Shown here: positions 30,296 through 39,943 of the stretch, in pieces | How positions within the stretch are numbered: the first letter of the stretch is position 1 | How the letters are laid out: the number at the start of each line of letters is the position of its first letter | Source: a virus | Lineage: Duplodnaviria; Caudoviricetes | Length of the DNA stretch: 64,000 bases | Direction: 5' to 3' (one strand) | Virus record (IMG/VR): IMGVR_UViG_3300033073_000160 | Span: 1-64,000 of that record | Program-made: the position numbers and the translations under genes | The notes under the pieces: model-generated | The model's input: only the letters and a program-made list of their open reading frames with translations | Databases searched by the model: none | What the model was told of the DNA's origin: nothing

Positions 30296-32566
30296 ATGGT
30301 TGAACCAAGTGATAATTTACAAGCAGTATTTGAAAAAGCAATTGAAACTGCCAGACATCTTAAACACGAATACTTAACAATTGAGCATTTACTATTTGCA
30401 ATGCTATGCGAAGATTCGTTTAGTAACTGTCTGCAAGGGTATGGTGTCGACCCGGAATACATTAAAAAGAATCTCGAGCATTATCTTAAAAATAAATGCG
30501 ACGAGATTACAGTTAACGAAGTCGTAGTAAAACCTAAAAAAACACAAAGCGTTGAACGTGTGCTCAATCGTGCATTTACGCAAGTTCTATTCAACGGACG
30601 TCAACGTATCGAACCAAGCGATGTATTTTTATCAATGATCGGAGAAAAACGATCATGGGCATATTTCTATATCCAACAAGCAGGTGTTGACAAAGATAAA
30701 TTTGCCGACTACCTTAATAACTCATCAGAATCACCAGACGAAGAAGATATGCCAGATGCCGCAGGAGAAAAAGCTCTTAGATCATTTACAAGCAATTTAA
30801 ATGATGCAGTTAAAAAAGGAAAGATTGATCCTGTAATTGGTCGTATAGAAGAGCTAGAGAATATTTCCCTAGCATTAGGTAGAAGAAATAAAAATAACGT
30901 GATCCTAGTTGGTGATCCGGGTGTAGGTAAGACTGCTATAGCAGAAGGACTTGCCTATAATATCATTAAAGGTGCAGTCCCGGATTTCCTAAAGGACTAT
31001 ACAGTTTATAATCTAGACATTAGTGCAATGCTTGCTGGTAGTAAGTATCGCGGCGACTTTGAAGAACGTTTTAAGTTAGTTATTAAAACACTTCAAAAGA
31101 AAGGTAAGACTGTATTGTTTATCGACGAAGCACACATGATTAGTGGTGCAGGGTCGGCAAGTAACTCTGCCAATGACCTTGCTAACATGATGAAGCCTGC
31201 ATTGTCGAAAGGCAACATTAAAGTAATTGCATCAACCACTTGGGAAGAATATCGCAAGCACTTTGAAAAGGATCGTGCATTGATGCGACGTTTCCAACGC
31301 ATTACTGTTGACGAGCCTACGCAAGAGGTTACACTACAAATCCTTAAGGGTATTAAAAAGTATTACGAGCAACATCACAATGTTAAAATTAAAGATGATG
31401 CGCTCAGTGCAGCTATTAAATTGTCAGTAAGATATCAAGCCGATAAGAAGTTGCCAGATAAAGCTATCGACTTAATCGACCTTGCTTGCTCACGTTTTAA
31501 TTTGAAACTTGCAGACGAACGTGTAATTGGAGAATCTGAAATTCAATACGAGCTTGCAAAGATGATTCAAATTCCTGAAGAAGTAGTTGCCGAGCAAGAA
31601 AGCGAAAACATTGCAACCCTTGAAACAAAGATTCAAGAAGAAGTCTACGGGCAAGATTCAGCAATTACTGAAGTTGTCGACAAAATTATTGTAGCTCGTG
31701 CCGGATTGAAGCCTGCTAACAAACCTGTTGGTAGCTTTGTATTCATGGGTCCAACAGGAACAGGTAAAACGGAAACTGCTAAAGCTATCTCTAAGCACCT
31801 TGGATCTAAGTTGCTACGATTTGATATGTCAGAATATCAAGAAAAGCATAGTATTAGTAAACTAATTGGTAGCCCTCCGGGTTATGTTGGTTTTGAAGAT
31901 AACGCTGGACAGCTTATTACTCAAATTCAAGAGAATCCAAATGCGGTGTTGCTATTTGACGAAGTTGAAAAGTCGCATCCAGATGTTGCAACTGTATTAC
32001 TACAGATGATGGATAATGGTTTTATTACTGGTAGCAATGGCAAACAAGCCGACTGCCGTAACTTGATCCTTATTCTTACTACTAATGCTGGCGCACAATC
32101 TGCTGAAAAGAATGCTATTGGCTTTGGGTCACAAGAAAAAGCCTACAGTGACGCAGATTTGAAAAAGTTCCTAACACCTGAATTCCGTAATCGTTTAGAT
32201 GGCATCATTACCTTTAACAAGCTGGGCAAGCCAACTATGACTAAGATTGTTAATAAATTCTTAGACGAACTACGTGAACAAGTTAAAGAAAAAGCCATTC
32301 GTATCAAAGCTGACAAAGATGCAATCGAATGGCTGATTGAAAAAGGATTTGATAGCAAGATGGGCGCTCGCCCACTACAACGTGTTATCGACAAGGAAAT
32401 TAAGCGTGATCTTGCTAAGATGATGCTGTTCGGGGACTTGAAGCAAGGGGGCTGGCTAACTATTAGCGTAGTCGACGACAAGCTGGTGTTGGTTGCAAAG
32501 CCAAAGACTCCAAAGGTTCCGCTATTAGTTTCAGAAGTAAAAGAAAATGCTAGTCAAGAAGACTAA
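30296..32566 (+). CDS. clpA: ATP-dependent Clp protease ATPase subunit ClpA
   Basis: Clp N-domain (HEYLTIEHLL), two AAA modules (GDPGVGKT; GPTGTGKT), no middle coiled coil, IGF loop (AIGFG). Confidence 0.93.
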   Translation: MVEPSDNLQAVFEKAIETARHLKHEYLTIEHLLFAMLCEDSFSNCLQGYGVDPEYIKKNLEHYLKNKCDEITVNEVVVKPKKTQSVERVLNRAFTQVLFNGRQRIEPSDVFLSMIGEKRSWAYFYIQQAGVDKDKFADYLNNSSESPDEEDMPDAAGEKALRSFTSNLNDAVKKGKIDPVIGRIEELENISLALGRRNKNNVILVGDPGVGKTAIAEGLAYNIIKGAVPDFLKDYTVYNLDISAMLAGSKYRGDFEERFKLVIKTLQKKGKTVLFIDEAHMISGAGSASNSANDLANMMKPALSKGNIKVIASTTWEEYRKHFEKDRALMRRFQRITVDEPTQEVTLQILKGIKKYYEQHHNVKIKDDALSAAIKLSVRYQADKKLPDKAIDLIDLACSRFNLKLADERVIGESEIQYELAKMIQIPEEVVAEQESENIATLETKIQEEVYGQDSAITEVVDKIIVARAGLKPANKPVGSFVFMGPTGTGKTETAKAISKHLGSKLLRFDMSEYQEKHSISKLIGSPPGYVGFEDNAGQLITQIQENPNAVLLFDEVEKSHPDVATVLLQMMDNGFITGSNGKQADCRNLILILTTNAGAQSAEKNAIGFGSQEKAYSDADLKKFLTPEFRNRLDGIITFNKLGKPTMTKIVNKFLDELREQVKEKAIRIKADKDAIEWLIEKGFDSKMGARPLQRVIDKEIKRDLAKMMLFGDLKQGGWLTISVVDDKLVLVAKPKTPKVPLLVSEVKENASQED

Positions 32567-33164
32567 AAGGCTATTTCACGGGAAATATCAATACAAAGCT
32601 GTATTGATAGTTCCTGCAGCCGCTTGGTTTAGAGGTTGTAATTTAGACCACGCAATCGAAAAGCTAATGTCGTTTAGCTTTTCAAATAAAAAGACATTTG
32701 ACAACAAACTAAAGACGCCGGAAGATTTAGCCTACTGTGTTAAGCTAGCCAAGGCGCTTGATAAGTTAGAAAACTTTGAAATCCGTGTCGAAAGTCCACT
32801 TCTGAGTTTTTATACAAATAACAAAGCAGATGTTGACAAACTAGTTAAACTAGACGTCGATCGTGTAAAATATACAAGTGAACCCGAAGATTCTGCATCG
32901 TTAGTTGCAGGAACTATTATTCTTCCAAAGATTCCATTTGATTACCGAGTAACTATGGGGAGGACTCGTCAAAGTCACGATGCTTTTATTGAATGGGCAG
33001 CAGCTACAGATAAAGTAAAGCTAACTAGGAGTTGCGAGGATGCGCTAAGTCGCAATCATAGCTGGGGCGGCACATATTTCTATGTTAAAGGCGATAACAG
33101 CCTACTTATGGCCCGTATGATGCTTGGCGGAGGCATCAATAAAGTAGAAAAAATCATAAAATAA
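32547..33164 (+). CDS. Hypothetical protein
   Basis: 205-aa ORF overlapping the end of clpA. Confidence 0.7.
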   Translation: MLVKKTKRLFHGKYQYKAVLIVPAAAWFRGCNLDHAIEKLMSFSFSNKKTFDNKLKTPEDLAYCVKLAKALDKLENFEIRVESPLLSFYTNNKADVDKLVKLDVDRVKYTSEPEDSASLVAGTIILPKIPFDYRVTMGRTRQSHDAFIEWAAATDKVKLTRSCEDALSRNHSWGGTYFYVKGDNSLLMARMMLGGGINKVEKIIK

Positions 33165-33240
33165 TAACTGATTGCACGATTTGCTTACAAGATAAATACT
33201 CTAAGACATCGGCTTATTGTCAATTTATAGCGGGCAAAAC

Positions 33241-33585
33241 ATGCGTATCACAGAATTAGTAGAAAATATAGATTTAGAGCTAGATAAAAAAGACGGATTA
33301 GACTTCGATCTAGTTGACGATCTATTCTTTTATATGAATCACGACGATGACACTTATCGTCGCCACACGTATCCAAGCATTGTAAAATATAAAAAAGCAA
33401 GAACTAACGGTGACGATACTGATCATTTATTGTTTGGATCAGCTGTTACAAACGCATACAAGAAATACTGCGAAGAATTTAAAGAAAAGCGATTACCTGA
33501 AAAGTTACCGCGTGATGTTTTAAATAAAATTTGCCATAAGCTTCATACTGAAGAAGGCAACAATATAGACGACGGTGCTTATTAA
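33241..33585 (+). CDS. Putative head-internal protein
   Basis: ATG at 33241 (MRITELVE) downstream of GATAAATA at 33191. Confidence 0.65.
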   Translation: MRITELVENIDLELDKKDGLDFDLVDDLFFYMNHDDDTYRRHTYPSIVKYKKARTNGDDTDHLLFGSAVTNAYKKYCEEFKEKRLPEKLPRDVLNKICHKLHTEEGNNIDDGAY

Positions 33586-34811
33586 TGCGTTTAAGAGAAC
33601 TTTTTTCCTTAATGGAAGCTAAGAAGGATGCAGGCAATGATGTCGGCATGGAAAAATACGGCCGTCCATTTAATCACCCAGAACATTTAGTCTTCTTTAA
33701 AGGCTCAGAGGGAACACTTGAAGCATTAAACCACTTTAAAGAAATTGCTGCTGAAAAAGCAGGCTCTACTAGCATCCGTCGTAAATGGGACGGCAATCCC
33801 CAAGTATACTGGGGTAGAGAAACAAAAGGTGGTCCACTAATCTTAGCAGGACACAATCAATGGAGCAGAGGTGTTAAAGCAACTAGCGCTGAACAAGTAT
33901 ACGACTTTATTGCAAATCAAAGTGGCAAACCTCCTAAGAACGTTGATGAGCAACGAGCTCGTCAAGCGTTTGCACAAAACTTTTCTAACCTATATCCACT
34001 ATTTGATGCAGCTACGCCTAAAGACTTTGTAGGCTACGTCTATGCAGATAGTTTATACGGTGTTGATCCTAGCCTAAACAAAAAGTTAGGTGGTGCTAGT
34101 AAAGAATATCCTAAGGGCATATGGACGTTTTGTCCTAACCCTAATAGTAATACTTGTTATCACGTAGATGCAGCAAGTGAACTAGGTCAAAGAATTGCAC
34201 AGGCTAAAGTTATGGTCGTCGGTCATGCAACCTTTGATACGTTTGGTGCACCAGATAGAGAACAACAACCCCTTGACGACTTCGAAATGTTTAATCAAAC
34301 TCCTGGTTTGATTGTTCAAGGTCCAATCTATACAGATGAAGCCCCTGGCATAGATTTAACACCAGTTGACGAAATGATAAAATATGTCAATCAACACGGT
34401 GCTGCTATAGATGGATTTATGAGTAGTTTACCTGATCCTGATAAGAATGGTATTTTTTATCCATTCTTTAATAGCATGAGTGGTTCACACGCAAGAGGCG
34501 AAGCAGACTTTAATGCAATCTCAGGACATACATTTATGGACTGGATGACAAAGAAAGGTGTTAGTCCAAAGAAACAACAACATATTGTTGATATGATTCA
34601 GCAATACCCCGGCGGGTTAGATGCTATATTCTTTTTAATTAAAGGTATACGCAACATGAAGGATCAACTTGATGCTGCAATTAAACAGCAACCACGTAAG
34701 GAAATTTGGGATACTAACGGAGAAGGACACGTTCGTTATCCGCAGGCTCATCACAAATTTGGTGCAATGAAATTTGTTCCAACTACTTGGGCACCAGGAA
34801 GAAAAGAATGA
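33585..34811 (+). CDS. ATP-dependent ligase-like nucleotidyltransferase (KxDG; DUF6267-like)
   Basis: RRKWDG (motif I), GYVYADSLY (III-like), GEGHV (IV-like), MKFV (V-like); MRLRELF leader. Confidence 0.6.
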   Translation: MRLRELFSLMEAKKDAGNDVGMEKYGRPFNHPEHLVFFKGSEGTLEALNHFKEIAAEKAGSTSIRRKWDGNPQVYWGRETKGGPLILAGHNQWSRGVKATSAEQVYDFIANQSGKPPKNVDEQRARQAFAQNFSNLYPLFDAATPKDFVGYVYADSLYGVDPSLNKKLGGASKEYPKGIWTFCPNPNSNTCYHVDAASELGQRIAQAKVMVVGHATFDTFGAPDREQQPLDDFEMFNQTPGLIVQGPIYTDEAPGIDLTPVDEMIKYVNQHGAAIDGFMSSLPDPDKNGIFYPFFNSMSGSHARGEADFNAISGHTFMDWMTKKGVSPKKQQHIVDMIQQYPGGLDAIFFLIKGIRNMKDQLDAAIKQQPRKEIWDTNGEGHVRYPQAHHKFGAMKFVPTTWAPGRKE

Positions 34812-36793
34812 AATTAAGACAATTATTCAACACTAGACAAAACGAATCAGTTGCATCGGCTGCAATCGGCGGTGCAATTGGAAGAGAAGTCGGTAAAGAA
34901 GCTGGTAAAGAAGCCGGGAAGGTTGCAGGTAAAGTTGCAGGTAAAGAAGCCGGCACAATGTCAAAGACAGTATCTAGGGCAAAAACTATAGCAGGGGCAG
35001 ATACTCTTAGTAAAGAAAAAGAAAAAAATAGCACATCGATTGGTGTCTGCTTTGGTCGTTGGAATCCTCCCCACAAAGGGCATCGTGCTGCTTGGGAAAT
35101 TGCAGCAAGGAATGATACATTCTATGTTGGCACTAATAAGAATACAGAAGGCCCGAATGATCCGTTACCTTATGATGTAAAACTAAGTTGCATGGAAACA
35201 ATTTGGCCTGAGATTAAAGGGCACGTTGTTCCCGAACAAAGTTTGTTTACCCTAGCATCTAAAGTATATGCTAAACACGGCGAAGACGTTCATTTAAAAG
35301 TAGCAACAGACGAAGATTGGTTAACTAGCTCTCTTGTTAAGTATAACGGTGTAGCAGGTGCGCACGGCTTCTACAAGTTTGCTAGTATTGAGCAAGTTCC
35401 AACACCTCGACTAAGTAGTGCAACACAACTACGTGCGGCAGTTCGTGCAGGTGACAGAGATGCGTTTGCAGAAGCAGCAGGTGTTGATGCAAACACACCA
35501 ATTCGTGTTGGTGCAAAAGCAGTTCCGTTCTTTGATCTAGTTGCACACTATCTTGCTAAACATCCTGAAAAAGTTAAGAAGGTTAAGAAAGTAGACGAAG
35601 TAACTCCGGTGCAACCTGCCTCAGTTCCTGTTCCAGCACTACCAGCTGACCAAAGGCCTTATCAAGGAAGCTGGGCTAAGGTAGTGCCTAATAAAGATAT
35701 CGGGTTTGATGTTGTAGACTTTGACGGGAATGTTTCGTTAAAAGGTGCAAAATTAGCTGATGCAAATGCTGAAGCAAAGATTGTTGATAAAGAAATCGGT
35801 AAAGTTGCAATAGAACTAGGGTCATCGATTCGAGTAGATGAACATAAGAAAGGTGTTCGTGCAATGAAATATACTAAGAAGCCAGTTAATCCTTCTGCAC
35901 AACATCAAAAAGCAAAGGAAAAGTTTCAGCCGATTAAGCCAGGTGTTGAAAAGCAAACTGACGAATGTGCAGGCGTTGGAACTATTACAAAACAAAATTC
36001 AACTGCCGATGTAAACAAAGGCACGCCTTATAAGAATCTAAAAGCCTTTAATTTAGTTAAGGAAGGTCGTGCAAATACAAAGGCAGTTAGAACAGGATTG
36101 TCAAAGCGTGAAAAGAAAGCAGATCCAACTATGGATGCAAAGAAACAATCGGAGCAGGATGCCGCTTGGGAACGTTTACAAGCACACATGAATAAGCCAG
36201 AAAATATGGATGTGTTGAAACGTCTAGCAACTAAAGAAGGCATTTTCGATAGTAAACCTAAAGTAGACTTCAAATCTCGTGCTAAAGAGTTGTTTGCTAA
36301 AGGATTAACAGAACAACAAGTATTACAGCAATTAATCAAAGAAGGTTGCCCGCCAAATCAAGCGGCTGTATTTGTGCAAGGAGCACAATTAGAAGAATCC
36401 TCACTAGACACTTATATGGCAGAAAGAGCAGCGTATCTTGCAGAAACTGGCATGAAAAAGATTGACAAAGCTGCTAAAGGCGCTATGAAAAATGCGTCGA
36501 CGTTACCAGCATTGAACCAATCAACTGGTAGTGCTTATATGAATTATCGCATGAGTATTGCACTAGCAGGTGCTCCCGATTATCCTACAAAGATGGAAGC
36601 AGACAACTGGATCGGCGGTGACCCATTATTGTCTACATATACTGAAGAAGAGTTTGAAATGATTAAAAAAGCAGCGCAACAAGTTGGCGCTGGCACTATT
36701 CAAAACTGGTCAGGTAAGCGTAGTCAAGAAATGGCAGATGTTAATAAGACCAGTGCGGTTGCAAAGATTAAACGTAACAAATACGGTGTGTAA
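34808..36793 (+). CDS. HxGH nucleotidyltransferase (cytidylyltransferase/NMNAT-like) fused to charged modules
   Basis: GVCFGRWNPPHKGH, NDPLPYDVK, RLSSATQLR; ATG at 34808 (MKLRQLF). Confidence 0.75.
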   Translation: MKLRQLFNTRQNESVASAAIGGAIGREVGKEAGKEAGKVAGKVAGKEAGTMSKTVSRAKTIAGADTLSKEKEKNSTSIGVCFGRWNPPHKGHRAAWEIAARNDTFYVGTNKNTEGPNDPLPYDVKLSCMETIWPEIKGHVVPEQSLFTLASKVYAKHGEDVHLKVATDEDWLTSSLVKYNGVAGAHGFYKFASIEQVPTPRLSSATQLRAAVRAGDRDAFAEAAGVDANTPIRVGAKAVPFFDLVAHYLAKHPEKVKKVKKVDEVTPVQPASVPVPALPADQRPYQGSWAKVVPNKDIGFDVVDFDGNVSLKGAKLADANAEAKIVDKEIGKVAIELGSSIRVDEHKKGVRAMKYTKKPVNPSAQHQKAKEKFQPIKPGVEKQTDECAGVGTITKQNSTADVNKGTPYKNLKAFNLVKEGRANTKAVRTGLSKREKKADPTMDAKKQSEQDAAWERLQAHMNKPENMDVLKRLATKEGIFDSKPKVDFKSRAKELFAKGLTEQQVLQQLIKEGCPPNQAAVFVQGAQLEESSLDTYMAERAAYLAETGMKKIDKAAKGAMKNASTLPALNQSTGSAYMNYRMSIALAGAPDYPTKMEADNWIGGDPLLSTYTEEEFEMIKKAAQQVGAGTIQNWSGKRSQEMADVNKTSAVAKIKRNKYGV

Positions 36794-37080
36794 TGAAACA
36801 GTATAGGATCACAACACAGGATTTGATACAAGATAGCGACGATGATTGCTACTTGGCGCCAGACGATCCTATCCATGAGATGAAAGCATTAGCTGGATTA
36901 GGTGGACTAGGTGGACAAGCAAGACTGCACGAATACCGTGCAAGTTTAGGTAGCAATATTAGTGTTACAGGCAATGAGAACGGACGTATACAACGAGAGC
37001 AAAATATTAAACCCGGAACTCCAGAATGGTTTCAACTATGGTTTAGTTTGCCTTACATGACTGGAGAAAAGAAAACATGA
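36793..37080 (+). CDS. Hypothetical protein
   Basis: Coupled ORF; NIKPGTPEWFQLWF. Confidence 0.65.
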   Translation: MKQYRITTQDLIQDSDDDCYLAPDDPIHEMKALAGLGGLGGQARLHEYRASLGSNISVTGNENGRIQREQNIKPGTPEWFQLWFSLPYMTGEKKT

Positions 37081-37667
37081 AAATCAATGAATTAGTTGAA
37101 GGTATTTTAGACGAAGTTAGTTTAAAAGGCTTTGGCACTTATGCTAAAAAAGCGCAGATGGATAGAGCTCTATCGCAAATGGGATCAGCATTTGCTGCCA
37201 GCCCTGAAGAGCGCGAAAAGAATCAAGCTAGGGCTGCAAGACGTGAGAAAGGGCTTGCTAGGCATAAAACTCGTGTTGACAAATACTGGGCTGAGAAAAA
37301 CGCAAGAGATGCTGCCGAGCGCGAGCAAGCAATTCGCGATAAGTTTGCAGGTGTAGATATCGATGACGAAATTGCAAAATTGAAGCCTGCACAGCAACGT
37401 GCATATCACGATTATCAATACGGTGCTAGAAACACTTATAGTCAAGCACACGATGAATATAACCGTATTAGTGCTAAAATCCAAGAACTAGAACGTGCTA
37501 AAAAAGTGCTAGGTGGGCTAGATGAAGAAGCAACAGCGGGCGGAACTAGCGCAGGCATGATGAGTATAGGTGCTGTGCATAAAAATCAAAGCCCTAAAAT
37601 GCAAAAACCAACAGATAACGCTTTAGACGGTGATAATTTGATGACCGGCGGAAGCATAAAACGCTAA
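37077..37667 (+). CDS. Putative head-internal protein
   Basis: MKINELVEGILDE leader; highly charged. Confidence 0.65.
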   Translation: MKINELVEGILDEVSLKGFGTYAKKAQMDRALSQMGSAFAASPEEREKNQARAARREKGLARHKTRVDKYWAEKNARDAAEREQAIRDKFAGVDIDDEIAKLKPAQQRAYHDYQYGARNTYSQAHDEYNRISAKIQELERAKKVLGGLDEEATAGGTSAGMMSIGAVHKNQSPKMQKPTDNALDGDNLMTGGSIKR

Positions 37668-37691
37668 ATATACTAATAACGGAGTTTAACC

Positions 37692-38846
37692 ATGCAAGAC
37701 ATGCAACCAGACAATTCAGCAATGCCAGTCGACAACGAAGGCGCTATGGCCAAGGCTGACCTATATAAATTAGCTAACTATAGTTTCAAACTGTTTAAAC
37801 AGATCGACGGCAACGCTCAACTTGAAGGTTGGGTCCAGGCTAAGATTACAAAAGCTGCCGATTACATCGCTAGCGTATACCACTACATGGAATACGAAAT
37901 GAAGTTTACTGAATACGGTGAACAACTTGAAAATAGCGAAATGTATTCAGAGAGTGAAAAAGCCGTATTAGCTTCTAAACTAATGGAAGCTAAAGAAAAG
38001 GTTAAAGAGCTTAAGAAAAAGACTGCTGATAAATTAGCTAAAAAAGACATGCCAGTTAAAGAAGAAAAATCTTCAACAGGTGGTGAAATTGATCGTTCAA
38101 AGAAAGGTGTAACAAGACACACCCATAATCCTGATCGTTTTAGCGACGAACCTCACGGCGAACCAGCAAGCAAGGCTAAGTCTCAATCTGCTGCTGAAAA
38201 AGCCAAAGACAAAGCTGCTGATAAAGCTGAAGAAAAAGAAGGTAAGAATTGGGAAAAGCGTTTTGGTAAAGGTTCTGTAACTCGTGTTAAAGATGGTAAG
38301 AAAGTAGACGAAGCGTTAGACCCCGTAGGTAAAGAAGACGACGACGTTAACAACGATGGTAAGAAAGATAAATCTGACGCTTATCTAAAGAAGCGCCGTG
38401 CCGCTGTCAGTAAGGCTGTTGGTAAGAAAGGCAAGCTAGAAGAAGCCGACAAAGGTGACATGGATAACGATGGCAAGGATGAACCAGATTCAAAAGAATA
38501 CATGGACAATAAAGATGCTGCTATCAAAAAGTCTGTTGCTGACAAAAAGAAAAAAGTTAAAGAAGCAGTTACTAAAGCAAAGGCCAAAATGGAAGGTTCT
38601 ATTCAAGGCGGTGTTTGGGTAAGTAGCCCAGATAAAGGTGTTGCGCCACCAAAGAACGATGACCAGGGAACTTTGAAAAAAGTTACACCTAAGAAACCAG
38701 CAACTGGCACACCTCCATACGTTCCATCAAAAAAATCAGGGACTAAGAAAGCCGAAACTGAAACTGATACAGCAGTTGCAGAAAGTTTAAAAGAATCAGC
38801 TGACTTAGGTCGTATGAAGCAATTCTTAGGTCGTCTCTTAGGATAA
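37692..38846 (+). CDS. Putative scaffolding/head-internal protein
   Basis: Lys/Glu-rich; repeated [LVM]xE sites; DxNNDG/DxDNDG EF-hand-like repeats; TAAATA at 37665. Confidence 0.65.
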   Translation: MQDMQPDNSAMPVDNEGAMAKADLYKLANYSFKLFKQIDGNAQLEGWVQAKITKAADYIASVYHYMEYEMKFTEYGEQLENSEMYSESEKAVLASKLMEAKEKVKELKKKTADKLAKKDMPVKEEKSSTGGEIDRSKKGVTRHTHNPDRFSDEPHGEPASKAKSQSAAEKAKDKAADKAEEKEGKNWEKRFGKGSVTRVKDGKKVDEALDPVGKEDDDVNNDGKKDKSDAYLKKRRAAVSKAVGKKGKLEEADKGDMDNDGKDEPDSKEYMDNKDAAIKKSVADKKKKVKEAVTKAKAKMEGSIQGGVWVSSPDKGVAPPKNDDQGTLKKVTPKKPATGTPPYVPSKKSGTKKAETETDTAVAESLKESADLGRMKQFLGRLLG

Positions 38847-38852
38847 TCTAAA

Positions 38853-39500
38853 ATGGACATGAAGAAAATTCTACAGGCCTTAGACGGTGCTTCGACAAAG
38901 CCCGTAGAAGGTTCTGCTGACATGTCTAAATTTCTTTCTATTGTTTCCGGGACCAACACTTCAATCTTACAAGAAGGAAAGGGCCCGGGCAATACGCTAA
39001 CTACTGCTGAGACTATGGTGTATATGAATACGCCAAAAGTTGAACCTGTTACACTTAAAGAAGGTCCAAGTATTAGATCATACTTACAATTAGTTGAAGC
39101 AGAACAAGTTTCTAAAGAAGACGAACTAAGAGCTAACTTAGAAGAATTATTAAACGAAGTTAAAGAAGAACCTCCAAAGCCACGTAACTTTGTAGCCAAA
39201 CATGCTAAGACAGGCGGTGCTGGCGCACACAAAGATAAAAAGAAAGCTGAAAAGCAAGGCGATGTAAAGCACAAGAAGCAATCAATTCCCATGGATGAAA
39301 GTGAACTTGCAGAACGTTCTGTAAGCCAAGCACAAGCACATATTATGGCTGCGGCAGCACACAATCCAGAATTTGCTAAAAAAGTAAAAATTAAACCATC
39401 TGTTGCTAAAGAATTTAATCGTGCCGATAAAGGTAAGAATATTAAGAGTTTGCCACAGCGTGTAGTTAAAAAAGAAACATATGACGAAGGCGATGAGTAA
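38853..39500 (+). CDS. Putative head-internal protein
   Basis: MDMKKILQALD leader; repeated xxE sites. Confidence 0.6.
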   Translation: MDMKKILQALDGASTKPVEGSADMSKFLSIVSGTNTSILQEGKGPGNTLTTAETMVYMNTPKVEPVTLKEGPSIRSYLQLVEAEQVSKEDELRANLEELLNEVKEEPPKPRNFVAKHAKTGGAGAHKDKKKAEKQGDVKHKKQSIPMDESELAERSVSQAQAHIMAAAAHNPEFAKKVKIKPSVAKEFNRADKGKNIKSLPQRVVKKETYDEGDE

Positions 39501-39940
39501 TGGACGAACTAAAACAAGCACTTAAAGTAACACACGCTTCTACTATAGCCTTTTACATGAAAGCACACAACTTTCATTTTAACGTAGAAGGTCCTAACTT
39601 TCCTCAATATCACACATTATTTCAAACCATATACGACGAAGTATACGGTAGTGTAGACCAGTTTGGAGAAGAAATCCGTGCGTTAGGTTCTTACACTCCA
39701 ATGAGCCCTGCACGTATTGCAGAGCTTTCAATTTTAGACGAACCTCAAATTCCAATGCCTGCACAAGAAATGCTACAAGCACTTGGACAAGATAATCAGG
39801 CATTATTAGAAGTATTAAAACGTGTATTTGAAATTGCAAATTCAAATAACGAACAAGGTCTTGCAGACTTTATTGCAGGACGTTTAGATGCACATAAAAA
39901 ACATGCATGGATGCTCCGTGCAACTAGTAAACCAGGATAA
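39500..39940 (+). CDS. dps: Dps family ferritin-like protein
   Basis: KAHNFHFNVEGPNFPQYHTLF..IYDE....DQFGEEIRALG and C-terminal KHAWML. Confidence 0.92.
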   Translation: MDELKQALKVTHASTIAFYMKAHNFHFNVEGPNFPQYHTLFQTIYDEVYGSVDQFGEEIRALGSYTPMSPARIAELSILDEPQIPMPAQEMLQALGQDNQALLEVLKRVFEIANSNNEQGLADFIAGRLDAHKKHAWMLRATSKPG

Positions 39941-39943
39941 GAC

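Noticed and set aside
38603-39364. 253-aa minus-strand ORF, and the 187-aa ORF at 61612-62175
   Set aside because: Antisense to well-supported + strand genes, with no recognisable motifs
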